A DNA stretch of 64,000 nucleotides from Neoconidiobolus thromboides FSU 785. Its lineage: Eukaryota > Fungi > Entomophthoromycota. Positions 13,646-26,032 of this stretch are shown here, piece by piece. Under the pieces are notes generated by a model. The model had not been told where the DNA came from. It saw only the letters and a program-made list of their open reading frames with translations, and ran no database searches. The DNA is taken from assembly GCA_025603075.1 (NCBI GenBank), contig MU626318.1, forward strand, positions 45,903 through 109,902, written 5' to 3'. How positions within the stretch are numbered: the first letter of the stretch is position 1; each line of letters opens with the position of its first letter. Both the position numbers and the translations under genes were made by a program.

Positions 13646-13886
13646 TTTATTGATTTCTATTGGTTAAATTTGTAACAACTTTACATTCAGTTGGTTGTTT
13701 GAATAAGATGGTATTGACCCCATACATAACACACATATTGACCATACTTAATTTTTAGGAGTAAGGAAATTTTACTGCTTTTCATTAAAGCTATCAAGCT
13801 TACAATCTTAAAAAATATTGACTAACTTTTAAATAGAAAATAAGATGATACTTTCTCCAGTAACTTAGTATCTTTTAAAAATATAT

Positions 13887-13985
13887 GGGGATGTATTTTT
13901 GTGTTTAAGAATTTTATCAACAAATTCTCCACTCAAATAGCGCTTAAAAAGTGGAAAAAATAATGAAGTCAAAAAAAACACTCCC
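13887..13985 (+). mobile_element. MITE family copy (filled site; the paralogous site near 8500 is empty)
   Basis: ATAT/ATAT flanks, absent from the otherwise near-identical tract at 8407-9010. Confidence 0.9.
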
Positions 13986-14315
13986 ATATAATGTAATTTA
14001 AAGATGTAAACTAGCTTAAGAACTCGAGACATTTGCTCAGTTATTGGCATTTCCTTATAATTGTTAATGATTAGACATACATTTCGCATCTTTACATCAA
14101 CTCATATCTTCAAACCTACATTGGCAGTTCCCTTAAAACTGATGAAAATATTAGAGCTTTTTCATTTACTTTAAGAGATCTTTTGTCATGTGATCTTAAA
14201 CCTGTAAAGTTAAATATTTAAAATAAAAAACCGTATTGTAACAATATATAAAGAAAGAAAGAAAGAAAGAAAAATAACAGTTTAATTCTAAAGTGATTTT
14301 TAAAGTCAAAAACTT

Positions 14316-14719
14316 ATGGATAACAAGATGTTGAAAGTGGCAAATTGAATCAATCTCCACCATCATATATGGCAATTGGTTCATCTCATTCAAATCAAAC
14401 TATACTTATAAGACAACCTGAAATCTTAGAACTAAGTAGAAGGGGAGTAGCCATTTTAGTTTGTCCATTCGAAAATAAGGAAGTAACTACTGAGATTAGC
14501 TATGAGTCCGGGTTTAGGGTGTTTTCTAGCGCAATTGTTTTTTTCCTTGTTTTCCTTTTAACTCTTTTGCCCTTGCTGTCTTTAGTGTCAGGTGCTTTTA
14601 TATTCTATTATACCATCTTTTGGTATCTTTTAGGATTTTATATCTTCAATAAAGATTTTCTTTACCTCCAAATTCATCGCTGCCCTTCTTGTGATCGAAT
14701 TGTTGCTACTGCCAAGTGA
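14316..14719 (+). pseudogene. LITAF-domain gene with a 1-bp deletion near the start (pseudogene, downstream start, or assembly error)
   Basis: ATGGATAACAAGATG versus ATGGATAACATAGATG at 8833; span of 404 bp is not a multiple of 3. The rest is open: PPSY, CPFENKEVTT, IHRCPSCDRIVATAK*. Confidence 0.7.
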
Positions 14720-14981
14720 TTATATGGTTGAAGTTGAAATGCGGTGTAAATATCATATCTCAGCTAATAGTAATATTATGACTTTTATTTACAAGTTATT
14801 AAATAAAGTTAACACTTTAACTAGTTTATGCTTTTTTTATTATTGACTTTAAGGACTTTATTTTTAAAAATGATAGTATGATATTATTTTTTAAAATAAA
14901 CGTTAGGATTATATCATAGATTACAAGGAAATAGTGAATTTCATACTATAAGCTATAAAAATTTTGAGTATACAAGTATAT

Positions 14982-15078
14982 GGGAATGTATTTCTGTATT
15001 TAGGGATTTTACTAGCAACTTTCCTGTTCAAATAGCGCTTAAAAATGAAAAAAGTAATGAAGCCAAAAAAAAATCCTC
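14982..15078 (+). mobile_element. MITE family copy
   Basis: GGGAATG...AATCCTC, ATAT/ATAT flanks. Confidence 0.8.
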
Positions 15079-15230
15079 ATATAATAATAAAATATAAGTT
15101 ATCGTTTTATTAACATATTTAATCAAGAGCTGATAATTTTAAACAAACGTGTAAAAATATTTAGTATAATTTTATTAAATTAGCGGATTAAAACAGAAAA
15201 TATATTTAATAAAATAAAGGTATGTTATAT

Positions 15231-15327
15231 GAGAGTGTTTTTTTTGACTTCATTATTTTTTCCATTTTTAAGTGCTATTTGAGTGGAAAATTTGTAGTAA
15301 AATTCTTAAACACAAAAATACATCCAC
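15231..15327 (-). mobile_element. MITE family copy
   Basis: GAGAGTG...CATCCAC, ATAT/ATAT flanks. Confidence 0.8.
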
Positions 15328-15412
15328 ATATCATTTACTTTTAAATCTTATGCTAAAAAATAAGTGCAAAGTTTTAATGATTTTTCATCATTAGAACATC
15401 AGGATAACATCC

Positions 15413-15506
15413 AGAGATGTTTTTTTAAAAATTTTATTAATAATCTTTCTACTCAAATAGCGTTTAAAAAATGGAAAAAGTAACAAAACCGAAAAAAAAC
15501 ACCCCC
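15413..15506 (+). mobile_element. MITE family copy
   Basis: Core present, flanks ATCC/ATCT. Confidence 0.75.
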
Positions 15507-16015
15507 ATCTCTTTGTTTGGTTATCTTTTAATTTGATTCATCACCTTCCATATATTTTCCTTACTATATTTGATGTTCAGTATTATCGATCTTTTAATTT
15601 ATACTCTTTATAGATAAAATAAACCACTACTTATTTTGAGTGTAGATAAAAAATTTATTTGGTGAATTAGTTAAAATCAAAATTTAATTTTAGTTATTAC
15701 AACATCTGTACACTACTTTTTATTATCAACGACAAGAAACTTAAAAATAAGCACAATAGTATATATGATTATTACATTTTTTAGGTAAAAGCTTAAATAA
15801 AGCACCTTGGTTTTTAAATGATCAAACCACCTGTTTAAGGTTTATTTAAATTTTTCGTAGTAGACTTTTAAAATCTTAGGAGATTGGAGCTAAGTGTCAT
15901 ATTTATGTGATAGTTTATTTTTATAGCATCAAATGAAATATGCATTATAGGGACATCCCTTTATCTACATGGGTTGGGGATCATAATCCAAGTCAAAGAG
16001 AAGGAGGATAGTAAA

Positions 16016-16438
16016 TTAGTAAATTGAGTTTGATACGAGTGGAACAATAAAAAGTATAAGATTGGCTAAAAAACCAATTATGAAAGCAACAGCACGAATT
16101 GATGCTTTATCAAATATATAAGCCGGAATAAAAATCAATCTAGTAATAAGATAAATTAAAGCAAGTAAAGCTGCTGCAGTTTCATTACCATTACCAATTT
16201 TATTTGCCAGTATAGAAAAAGCAAACCACACAAAACCTTCATTTATGTTGTTATGAGCATATAGAGCGCGTTGTGCAAATCCTGGTAAAGTTTTATATTG
16301 TTCACGAGGATTATTAATATCAAAGCCATCATTAGCTTTCCATTGGGCTATCCTTACTGGGATCATACATAAGAACCAGGCAAGGAAGAGGATAAAGCAG
16401 ACAATGAATTGAATTTTATCTTCTGTTGAATAATACAT
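16016..16438 (-). CDS. MAPEG family membrane protein
   Basis: Four hydrophobic segments. GFDINNPR...QRALYAHNNINEGF and TRLIFIPAYIFD..SIR match the DNxxPR...RAxxAHxNxxE...R..Y pattern of the MAPEG family. Intronless. Confidence 0.8.
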   Translation of the reverse strand: MYYSTEDKIQFIVCFILFLAWFLCMIPVRIAQWKANDGFDINNPREQYKTLPGFAQRALYAHNNINEGFVWFAFSILANKIGNGNETAAALLALIYLITRLIFIPAYIFDKASIRAVAFIIGFLANLILFIVPLVSNSIY

Positions 16439-17609
16439 TTCTAATTATCTGTGCTATCAAACCTATTTTCTTTATATACTTTTTAGTTTCTATTTAGCAT
16501 GAAAATGAATGTGCTAACTAATACAGATTAAGCTAACTATTGGTGATAAGATTATTAAAAAAGTAATAACGTAAATTTCTTTCATCATAAAGTTCCCTTA
16601 AACTACTTTCTAAACCGCTTCCTAGATTTCCTTGGAGCGGGCTACTCAAGGTTTTTCCTAACACTTTATTTTTTGATGTTCATAAATGCCTTTGATTTAC
16701 TTTATTTAAAGTAATATAGGGATTTAAGGTCTAATTGGAGCTACTTAACTATTTATTCATAACGAAAATTTAAATTCAACTTAAAATTGGTATTTAACTT
16801 CTTGTTATGTTTTAATAAAACCATACAAAATTAATTTTAAATTTACTAGTCTTAATGAATTTATATATGCAATTAGCAAAGTAAGACATCTTTAGAATGG
16901 CTTTAATTTGTTATAAGATCATTTTAAAGTAAAACATTATCTGGTATTATTAACCATGATATATATGTAATAATATATCTATGTATCAGATGATACTTTA
17001 AGTTAATATTAATGATAATTTTTATCAAAGTTAATAATAGAGGAAAGGTTAATGCAAATATTTAAGCTACTATTAGAATTAAAACCAAAGTCATATTAAA
17101 ACTAGCTATAAGTTTAAAGCTAATCTGCTTTATCTCCCTTCAAAGCCCTGGTAGTAGAGTGACATAAAAACTCTTATTCAAAGAATTCCCATACCTATAC
17201 CCTAGAACCAAGGTTAACCCAAAATAATTGAAATCCATCTAGTGCTTGGATTAGATGTCATTGTGAAGGTTCTTGGTACATCCTCATTCTTTAAACCTCT
17301 ATAATATTTGATTCTCGGCCACTTTTGTAATTTTAAAGGCCTTTAATATAAGAAACTGTTTGATTGACAAGTAGTTAAAAAAACCTAAGGTTAATATATA
17401 GTTAGTATTAAAAATCAGAATTGTAGATGATATTTATTAAATACTATGTTTATTTAATATTGCTACTAATAAACAAATACAACATGAAGCTCAGTGTTTA
17501 ATAGTTTCAGTTTACATTACCGTTTGTTTATCAATAATTTCTAAAATAAAATATTGAATACAAGTCAGTTGTTTTATTTTTTATAAATTTTATTAAACTT
17601 AAAGGATAT

Positions 17610-17700
17610 GAAGATGTATTCTTTTGCTTAAGAATTTTACCAACAATCTTTTTCACTCAAACAGCGCTTAAAAAATAGAAAAATAAAACTAAAACATCAT
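17610..17700 (+). mobile_element. MITE family copy, degenerate
   Basis: Core CACTCAAACAGCGCTTAAAAAATAGAAAA, worn TIRs. Confidence 0.65.
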
Positions 17701-17815
17701 ACTTTGTTATTAGCCAAGGATGCCTAATATGTTGCAAAATTTGGGCTAAAAAAGTGATGTTACTAAAAGACCAATTTGAATCCTAAATTTTCTAGTTAAA
17801 AATAATATTGCATCA

Positions 17816-17925
17816 TTCTCTGAAATGATCAGGTTAAAAAAATGATCATTTAGTTGGTGCACACATGAACTTAAATGAGGTTGGTTTTTTAACTTATTTT
17901 TTTTAACCTGATCATTTTAGAAAAC
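17816..17925. repeat. Isolated inverted repeat (~25-bp arms, ~55-bp spacer)
   Basis: CTGAAATGATCAGGTTAAAAAAA versus TTTTTTTTAACCTGATCATTTTAG. Confidence 0.8.
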
Positions 17926-18645
17926 GCTGTATAATAACTCATTGTTTCATTATAACTAACAATTAGGTATTGACTATTTTTTATTAGTACAAAATACCCA
18001 CTTTCACTTTCTAGTAGCTGTAATGCTGTAATGTGAAGACCAGTTATGGGTTAGTTCAAAGACTCAATTCAAACTTTATTCAATTTAATTTTGCAAAAAT
18101 CACAAGTAAGCACCAAGTGCTATAAAAATATTTACTTTTCTACTTGATTTTAGAATGATTCATGAAACGTTTTGAGGTTTTACACTACATAGGAAATAGA
18201 TAAAAAGTAATTGAAAATTTTTACTTTCAATTTCAACTCATCTTTTAAACTTGCTTAGGTTTTTAATCTAAATATGTTTATTTAATTGAATTTTTTTCTC
18301 GAAAGTTAACAACTTTGGAAAAAGATAGCTTTTCTATTACAGCCTGCAGCCATCATTATAAAAACTTTGAAAAATTTACGATACGCTAGGCAACAAAGCC
18401 CCTAATATTGAAGCCAAACTTAAATTTAGTTACTCAAAAAACTCTATTCCACAAAAAACAACTTGTCTTGGCACCATTGCAATTACTTTAATCAAAGATC
18501 TTTTGCCACTTGGCCTTAAACTAGTAGTCTCAAAAAGTTGAATTATGAAAAAAATGATATAATAGCAAATTAGTGGTGATATAAATAAAAATGAACCAAA
18601 TTTAACTAGGTTAGTCAAAAAAATAATCATCAAAATCAAAGATCT

Positions 18646-19049
18646 ATGAATTACTCAAATATTGAAAGTGCCAAATTTACACATTCCCCACCATTATTAA
18701 GTCAACCATACCATCCTATTCAAAAAAAACGATACTTATAAACCAACCCGAAATTCTACAATTATCCAGAAGGGGTATAGCAGTTTTAATCTGCCCGTTT
18801 GAAGATAAAGAAGTAACTACTAAGATTTGGTATGAGCCTAGGCTTAGCTTATTTATAACTTTACTCGCTTTCCTCTTCTGTTCTCTTTCAATTATCTTCG
18901 CTTTAGGATCATTTGAGGCATATTATACCATATTCTTATTGCTTCTATTTGTTTTCCTTACAGTCGTTTTGATCGTCGGATATGGACCTTATTATGACCA
19001 GATTCATCATTGTCCTTCTTGTAATCGGGTTGTTGCTGTTGCTGGATAG
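18646..19049 (+). pseudogene. LITAF-domain gene with a -1 frameshift near 18690
   Basis: MNYSNIES...SPP in one frame; ILINQPEILQLSRRGIAVLICPFEDKEVTT...IHHCPSCNRVVAVAG* in another. Span 404 bp. Confidence 0.75.
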
Positions 19050-19247
19050 GTTGGAGGCTGGGTAGAATACAACTCAGTACGCTGCCTTGATGAATGATAA
19101 TATATAGTATTCATTTATTGAATTCATATGTATCTACTTATATATTGAAGCTAAACGATAAAAGTAACTTTATTATTATTATTGATCAGTTTACGATTAA
19201 AGTTCTATTTCTTTAGTCTTGATTGTTCCTAGATCCACAAATTAAAT

Positions 19248-19760
19248 ATGAACCCTACAAAATAACAACCAATTATTGAAATTGAGGCTATGAATTTTTT
19301 AAATTACAAATACAACAAAAACTTCATTTTGTCCATGTTAATTTTCTAACTTTTTAACTAATTAGTGTCAAAACCGTGAGGTATAAAGCTGAACAGTTAC
19401 TTATTACTCCTTCCGTAACATTATACAATCTCATTGGATTGTGTCATTCAAACTAGGTTGTCTCTGTCAAGCAACCATAAGTTTTACAGTTATTAAACAG
19501 ATGGGTAGCAATTTAAATTTCTCCCTTTGAAGATATTCAGATAATTACCAAGGGTTTTGTCGAACTGGATTTGAAACATTTTACTTAAGTTGATTTTTTC
19601 CCTTTTTTTGCATCTTTTTATCTTGGAGATTCTTAGATCGTATTGTTGTGATTATTTTTACTTTCTCTACCATCTTTTGAGGATTTTAATGTTTAAAAAT
19701 TCTTTCTATCTTCGGGCTCATCATTGTCTTTCTGTGATTAAATCGTTGATATTGCCAAAT
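19248..19760 (+). pseudogene. Degenerate LITAF-domain remnant
   Basis: QPIIEI near 19260 and LRAHHCLSCD*IVDIAK* near 19710-19760. Disrupted. Confidence 0.5.
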
Positions 19761-20089
19761 AAGCTGGAAGCCAGATAAAGTTTAGTATGTACAAGTACTG
19801 CTTAATTATTAAAAATATTGATTTTTGATTTGTGGATCTTTCACTTACTCCTTTATATAATAAAACCAAGTTTACAAGTAGTTCAATCCTTATGTTTAAC
19901 CTCGTACTCAAAGTTCACTGTTACTGCAGATTTGATTTATTCTAAATTTTCTAGTTAAGGATAAGTGTTATAAGTATAATTCCTTGTTGATACTAATTTT
20001 CAGAACTAAAGGCATAAATATATACCATGTATAAGATACAGATTAACACCCTTTTTCTTATTTTAGCTAGTATTTAAACTTCTATATAT

Positions 20090-20184
20090 AGGGATGTTTT
20101 TTTGATTTCATTACTTTTTTAATTTTTTAAATGCTATTTGAGTGGAGATTGTTAGTAAAGTTCTTAAACAAAAAATACATTATC
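20090..20184 (-). mobile_element. MITE family copy, degenerate
   Basis: Consensus core in reverse orientation. Confidence 0.7.
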
Positions 20185-20229
20185 TAGAAGGAGCGCAGCA
20201 ATTTTTACTTTCCCTATTCGAAAAAGTAA

Positions 20230-20455
20230 ATAAGGATAACCGTCAAGCTGGGTATATGATATTTTAGTATACCCATTTCTATTCTTTCTTTTTCGTATCC
20301 TCTAGGAAAGTTAAAATTCTATTCTGATAAGTTTTTTGTTTTATTTCCTTTTGGATATCTCATTATTCAATATTCAATAATAACTCAGTTTGTAAGAAAA
20401 CTGATGGCTGTCTTTCTTGTAACTGAGTTGTTGCTATTGCTAATACTGGCCCTAA
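20230..20455 (+). pseudogene. Degenerate LITAF C-terminal remnant
   Basis: GCLSCN*VVAIA at about 20405-20440, preceded by a hydrophobic-coding stretch. The N-terminal part may lie near 19860-19950, upstream of the MITE. Confidence 0.4.
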
Positions 20456-20628
20456 ACTGCTAAAGTTGGGTAAACTATTATGTATGCGCTTTAAGTAATA
20501 ATAGATCATAACTTTTCATGAGCAAATTTATTGCATATTTGTCTAATAAATTTAAAAGAATACTAACTTTATTTTAAATCTGTTATAATTTATTACTAAG
20601 TATATATAAGTTAAAAAGGAAAAACGAC

Positions 20629-21048
20629 TTAAGGAGCAATAGCAATAGCTCTTTTACATGAAGGGCAGAAATGTACTTCTTCTTTAAATGACTTAGTAAC
20701 GAGTGGTAACCAAAACATGGGCCAGAAAAGGAAGCACACGGCAACTGAACACAAACCTGCTTTAAGGCCTGCTTCATACTTTACTTCAGTAACCACTGGG
20801 ATGTTCTCAAATGGGCACACTAAGGTAGCTGGTCCTCTTTGAGTTAGTTGTAATAAACCGGGCTGGTTAATCAAAGTTGCAGTTGGTTGAGTTGTTATCA
20901 AAGGATCACTTTCAATCCCGTGTTTTATGTGGCTGCTCTCTTCAATATTATAAGGTGGTGGAGCTTGGCTCGATTCTTGAACTGGTGAATGTATTAATTC
21001 ATTTTTATTATCTAAGCTGACTTGAATTTTGTTATTATCTGAACTCAT
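20629..21048 (-). CDS. LITAF-domain protein (most canonical copy)
   Basis: PPPY, LVCPFENIPVVTEVKYEAG, CSVAVCFLFWPMFWLPL, EEVHFCPSCKRAIAIAP. Intact 139 aa. Confidence 0.85.
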   Translation of the reverse strand: MSSDNNKIQVSLDNKNELIHSPVQESSQAPPPYNIEESSHIKHGIESDPLITTQPTATLINQPGLLQLTQRGPATLVCPFENIPVVTEVKYEAGLKAGLCSVAVCFLFWPMFWLPLVTKSFKEEVHFCPSCKRAIAIAP

Positions 21049-21724
21049 TATTATTTTAGTTTAAATTTGATAAAAAAATAATCTCTTGATTTTTCTTCTT
21101 TTTAAATAGTAATGTTTGGTTAATCTTTTTGTTGGAGTTTGGCTTTTTTCCTTGGCTTCAAGGGTATGACCTCATTTCCAAATATTCTCAATTGATTATT
21201 TGCTGTAAGTTTATGTTTGGATATCCATTCTTTTTAGTTTAATTTTTATTGAGTTAGACCGTTTCTTTTAGTAGAATTAATGAGTTTATATAGTTTGATT
21301 TATTATGTATTTAATTAACCTAAGTTATTTTATACAATGTTATAATATAAATTTTCTTTTTACAAAAGACCTAATGTGCGAGAAACAAAAATTAATGTAT
21401 TCTTGTTTCCTGTTTACAGTTATTACAACTTTTTTGTGACTCAATTATTTATTTATTTAAGAAATAAATTTATGCTGAAATTCATCAAAATAAAGGAACA
21501 AAATCTAAAAATTGCTAATTCAAATAAGTTAATTATAAAAATTACCGCTAAGAAAGTTAAAAAAGAGCTGCAACAGCTTTATCTTGAATCATGAATCTAA
21601 TTGATTAAAAAAAGGCTGAGCAAATCAGCGCGTCTTTATCATTTTAAAAAGCAGTCTCACTAATTTTTTTCTAATATTTTCCAAATTATTTTTAAAATCA
21701 ACTCAAAATAAAAAGCGGATATTA

Positions 21725-23291
21725 ATGAACTTAGAAACCAATTGTTTTGGAGAAACATCGGGATTACTCTCTACCAGTTTTAATCAGGATTTTGGATGTA
21801 TAGCTATAGGCACAGATAAAGGCTTTAAGATATTCAATAGTGATCCATTGCATGAGAAATCAAGGAAAGGTAGTGCTTAATTAATTTTATATTAATCGCG
21901 ATTAATTGTAAAATCTAATTCGTAATAGAATATGAAGATGGCGGTATTGGAGGAATAGAGATGTTGTATCGCTCCAACTTTATAGCTTTGGTGGGCGGTG
22001 GGAAAAATCCAAAATTTCCACCAAATAAAGTGATGATTTGGGATGACATAAAATCAAAATTTGTTTTTGAATTGGAATTTAGATCTGTAGTCAAAGGAAT
22101 TAAATTGAGAAGAGATAGGTAAATGATATGTTTATATGATGATTATGAATATAAATCATTCTAGGCTGATTGTAGTTTTAGCTACAAAAACGTTCGTTTA
22201 CTCGTTTGGGGATATACCACAAAAACTGTATACTTTTGAAACAAGTTTAAATAATAAAGGTATTTTTATATTTCAAATATAAAAAAGGCAAATGGTTTTC
22301 ACACTATAAATTAGGATTAATAACTGTATCACAGTCCTTGAACAAATCTATATTGGCCATACCAGGAATACAAAAAGGACATATACAATTAATAGATATC
22401 GGTCTAAACTTTAGCCATGATGGAGAATCAAACTATAATTCAGCTACTTCTTCATTAGCCAATTCTATCATTATGAATGCACCTTCAAAACCACCTCCAA
22501 TTTCAATTATTGCAGCCCACACTTCTAAATTATCTTGTATCGCTTTAAATGAAAATGGCACTTTATTAGCCTCGGCTAGTGAAAAGGTAAATATCACATA
22601 ATTGATTGATTTCAATTAATTTAAAATTTCAAGGGTACTTTAATAAGAGTGTTTAATACCTCTTCAGGTAAAGTACTACACGAGTTTAGACGTGGGGTTG
22701 ATAGAGCTGAGATATATTGGTAATTTATTATATGTCATAACATTATTTTCTTACATTTTTTAGTATAGCATTTAATCAAGAATCAACAAGAATATGTGTT
22801 AGTTCAGATAAAGGAACAATACACATATTTAATTTGGCTTTAATTGACGGGTTTAACCCAAAGACGGAGAACAGTCAAGGTAGTATAAAGTAAGATTGAA
22901 TTTGTAAAATAGTATAAAATAAATAACAATCAGTAATTTAAGGCCAAATTTAGGAAATCGACAATCAAGGTAATTAATAAAATATGAATTTGCTATATAA
23001 ATTTTATTTTTAGTTTATCTTTTATGAAAGACTTGTTGCCAAAATATTTTGACTCTGAGTGGTCGTATGCTTCATACACACTTCCTAATGAAACGAAATG
23101 TATTTGTGGATTCTCTCCCATCAAAAATTCAAATGCTATCATTGGTAATTGATTTACTTGCTTATTAGTAGAAACTAAAATATTTGATTGTAGTGTTATG
23201 TTCGGATGGTAGCTACTTCAGGATATTATTTGACCCTAGGGTCGGTGGACAGTGTACCAGAGATGTTTATAAGTTGTTTTACAGGCCCTAA
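21725..23291 (+). CDS. HSV2: PROPPIN WD40 beta-propeller (HSV2/WIPI3-4 type), multi-exon
   Basis: [79 protein letters not shown] lipid-binding motif, [20 protein letters not shown]. Confidence 0.85.
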
Positions 23292-24474
23292 GTTGAAGGA
23301 TCAAGTTTAACATCGTAGTTTTTGGCATTATTTTTATAGTTTTTTTAGTAATTTAAAATAAATTTAATATAATTTATGTACCATTGGGTTTGAAATTTTA
23401 ATTAGTTTTAATTTAGTTTTTCAAATTGTTATGGGTAAGTTTAAAGGTAAGTTGGAATTTAAAAATAAATTTTCCAACTCACTTTTTTTATATATTTTCT
23501 ATGTAGTGTAGAGTTTTAGAAAAATGTTTCAACATGAGTTATTTCAAAATCAAACAAAAGGCAAATATCTTTATAACACTTCGTGCTTGATTTACAATTT
23601 TTGTAGAAATTAATTATAAAATTTGAATCGACCCTTTAAACTAATCCATACATGCTAATATTAATAGTTATTTTTAACAGCTCATTATTTAATAGCTTCT
23701 ATAAACTAAATTTATTTTATCAAGTAGCTCGGAATGTTTGATACATTTTCGTGCACATATAAATGTTTACTATTCCAACCAGTAATTTATTAGTTTTTTA
23801 AGAAGCTGATCCTATATAAATTATTGATAATGCTGCAGTCCGTTACCTTAAGGTGATTTTATCTGTATGAAAATGTATCGAAATATTAGAAACAAATTAA
23901 TTAGTTTTGAATCAATTCATTAGCCAAAATTAGCAACTTAAAAATAGGTTGTATGAAAAGCGCATATAGAAATACCTAAAATTTGAGCTTTGACATTTAT
24001 TATTATTTTGTATAACATCAGAAATTATATTTTAGTAATATTGTGAGTTCTTACAAAGTATTAAAGAATTCTCTATTCATTGACTTCAAAAGTAGAGACT
24101 TACTTTTATACTATATCATATATTTTATTATCTAGAGAGGAAGTTATTCATCAGACGTACAGCGCATAGTGTCGAATAAAGTGCAAGTAATGATACCTAT
24201 GGCCCTTTTAGGATTACGACAAAAATAATTAAATAGATAAAGATGATATAAATAAGCCTATTCAATTTGATCAAAATGTCTTATTGTAATAAGGTGATAT
24301 TTTTAAATGAAGAATGGAATAACAAAGTAGCATAAGTAAAGTATTTTTAAAATAAATTCATGCCAGAACGAACGAAAATAGTACAGGCTATTAATTTAAA
24401 ACTAAAGTTCAAGCTTTGTTTCTATTTTAAACTTTGACTACTAAATGAACAGTATCAAACTATTGAAAATGTAG

Positions 24475-24482
24475 TATAAATA
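24475..24482 (+). promoter_or_regulatory. Putative TATA box of the CBM19-type gene
   Basis: TATAAATA about 60 bp upstream of ATG 24540. Weak evidence in AT-rich DNA. Confidence 0.35.
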
Positions 24483-24539
24483 AAAAGGACTTACTACTTC
24501 AATTCATTATAACAAAAAAAAATATTATTCTATCAAACA

Positions 24540-24926
24540 ATGAAATTCCAAGCCATTATTTTATTAACTGCCTCTATCTCTGCTCTCGCAGCTGGCACCA
24601 ATTCAATGAAAGATGTCAAATCCATCATCCAAGAGAGCAAAGCCAATATTGTTAAAAAGCACGGAGGCTCGAGCTCAAGTAATGTAGCTGCACCTAAATA
24701 TATCTTATCTAATGACATTGCGCCTTCTAAAACCTCTTTAGGGGCATATAAAGGTGAGTTCAATGTAGCCAACAATAACTATCAATGTAGAGAGGGCGAT
24801 ATGTATTGTGATTACTCTGGAAATGGATTTTGGACTTGTGCTCAAGGCTCTTGGGTCTATCGTAATTGTGGTCCCGGAACTAAATGCGTCCAAAATGGTG
24901 GTAACCTTTATTGTGATTATGCTTAA
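24540..24926 (+). CDS. Small secreted protein with a C-terminal CBM19-like chitin-binding module
   Basis: Signal peptide, then CREGDMYCDYSGNGFWTCAQGSWVYRNCGPGTKC (six Cys overall, CBM19 spacing). Confidence 0.75.
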   Translation: MKFQAIILLTASISALAAGTNSMKDVKSIIQESKANIVKKHGGSSSSNVAAPKYILSNDIAPSKTSLGAYKGEFNVANNNYQCREGDMYCDYSGNGFWTCAQGSWVYRNCGPGTKCVQNGGNLYCDYA

Positions 24927-25392
24927 TTTCCAAGTTCATTTTATATTAAATGTAAATAAATATTTATATAAAGAATAATTTTTAGTTTGCAAAATTTTAT
25001 CTAAATAAACCTTTTAGAAGGCATTTGCCACCAAGTAAAAAACAATCTATGCAATCATAAAGAATAATTTAAACAACTTTTTAGTAGTTTTTAATAAAAA
25101 CAATATAACCATGTGTACAAAATTTATGTGATAAATAAAAAAGATTTTTTTAAGTGTAAATTATCTTTTGCTCACTTAAATTTAACCGCTTAATTTTTAT
25201 TAAAATTTCAGCATTATTCATAGTAGTTGTCAAAAGTATTTAAATAGATCTAACATTTTCGTATATTTTATTTTATTTTGATATATAATAAAAATAAAGA
25301 ATGTTTATTTGTTAATTTAATAACTCATCATATTTTTATAATTAATTTAATCATAATTTATATAATAGATTTAGCAAAATTTAAGTAATTTT

Positions 25393-25491
25393 GGGGATAA
25401 TTTTTTTGATTTCATTGCTTTTTCCATTTTTTAAGCGCTATTTGAGCGGAAAAATTGTTAGTAAAATTCTTAAACACAAAAATACATCCCC
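25393..25491 (-). mobile_element. MITE family copy
   Basis: TIRs and core. Confidence 0.85.
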
Positions 25492-25934
25492 TTTACTGTT
25501 AAAATTAAATACTTTCATAAATTCATATACAATTAATCTAAAGTTTTTTTAAATTTGTTATAGAAATTTTACCTTTTAATTATATTTATTGTTTATTAAT
25601 TTTTTGTATAATTTATTAATAACATAAATTGTTTTTCTATTTATTTTACATAGTTTGCTCAATTATTATGTATTATTTTTTTATTTATTATAAAATTTAA
25701 CGTTTATAATTAAACTTAAAAAGTGTTTTGGATTAATTGATAAGGTGCAAATAGTAAGTCTTGGCTTATATAACTAAAATAAATTTAATATATAAAGTAA
25801 ATAAAGTGATGTTAATAAATTTATCAATTTGATTAAGATGTTATATTATAATAGACTGATTTTTTGAACAAAAATTGAATAATAAGTAATCTATTAACAA
25901 TTTATTTACAATACAAAAATGAAAATCTAATATT

Positions 25935-26032
25935 GGGGATGTATTTCTGTATTTAATAATTTTACTATCAATTTTTCCACCCAAATAGTACTTAAAAGAT
26001 GGAAAAAGTAATGAAGCCAAAAAAACAGCCCC
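25935..26032 (+). mobile_element. MITE family copy
   Basis: TIRs and core, 3-bp ATT/ATT flanks. Confidence 0.85.

Noticed and set aside
18430-18639. A minus-strand 69-aa ORF as another LITAF remnant
   Set aside because: It has no CP(F/Y)E or HxCxxC motif, and the resemblance is too weak.
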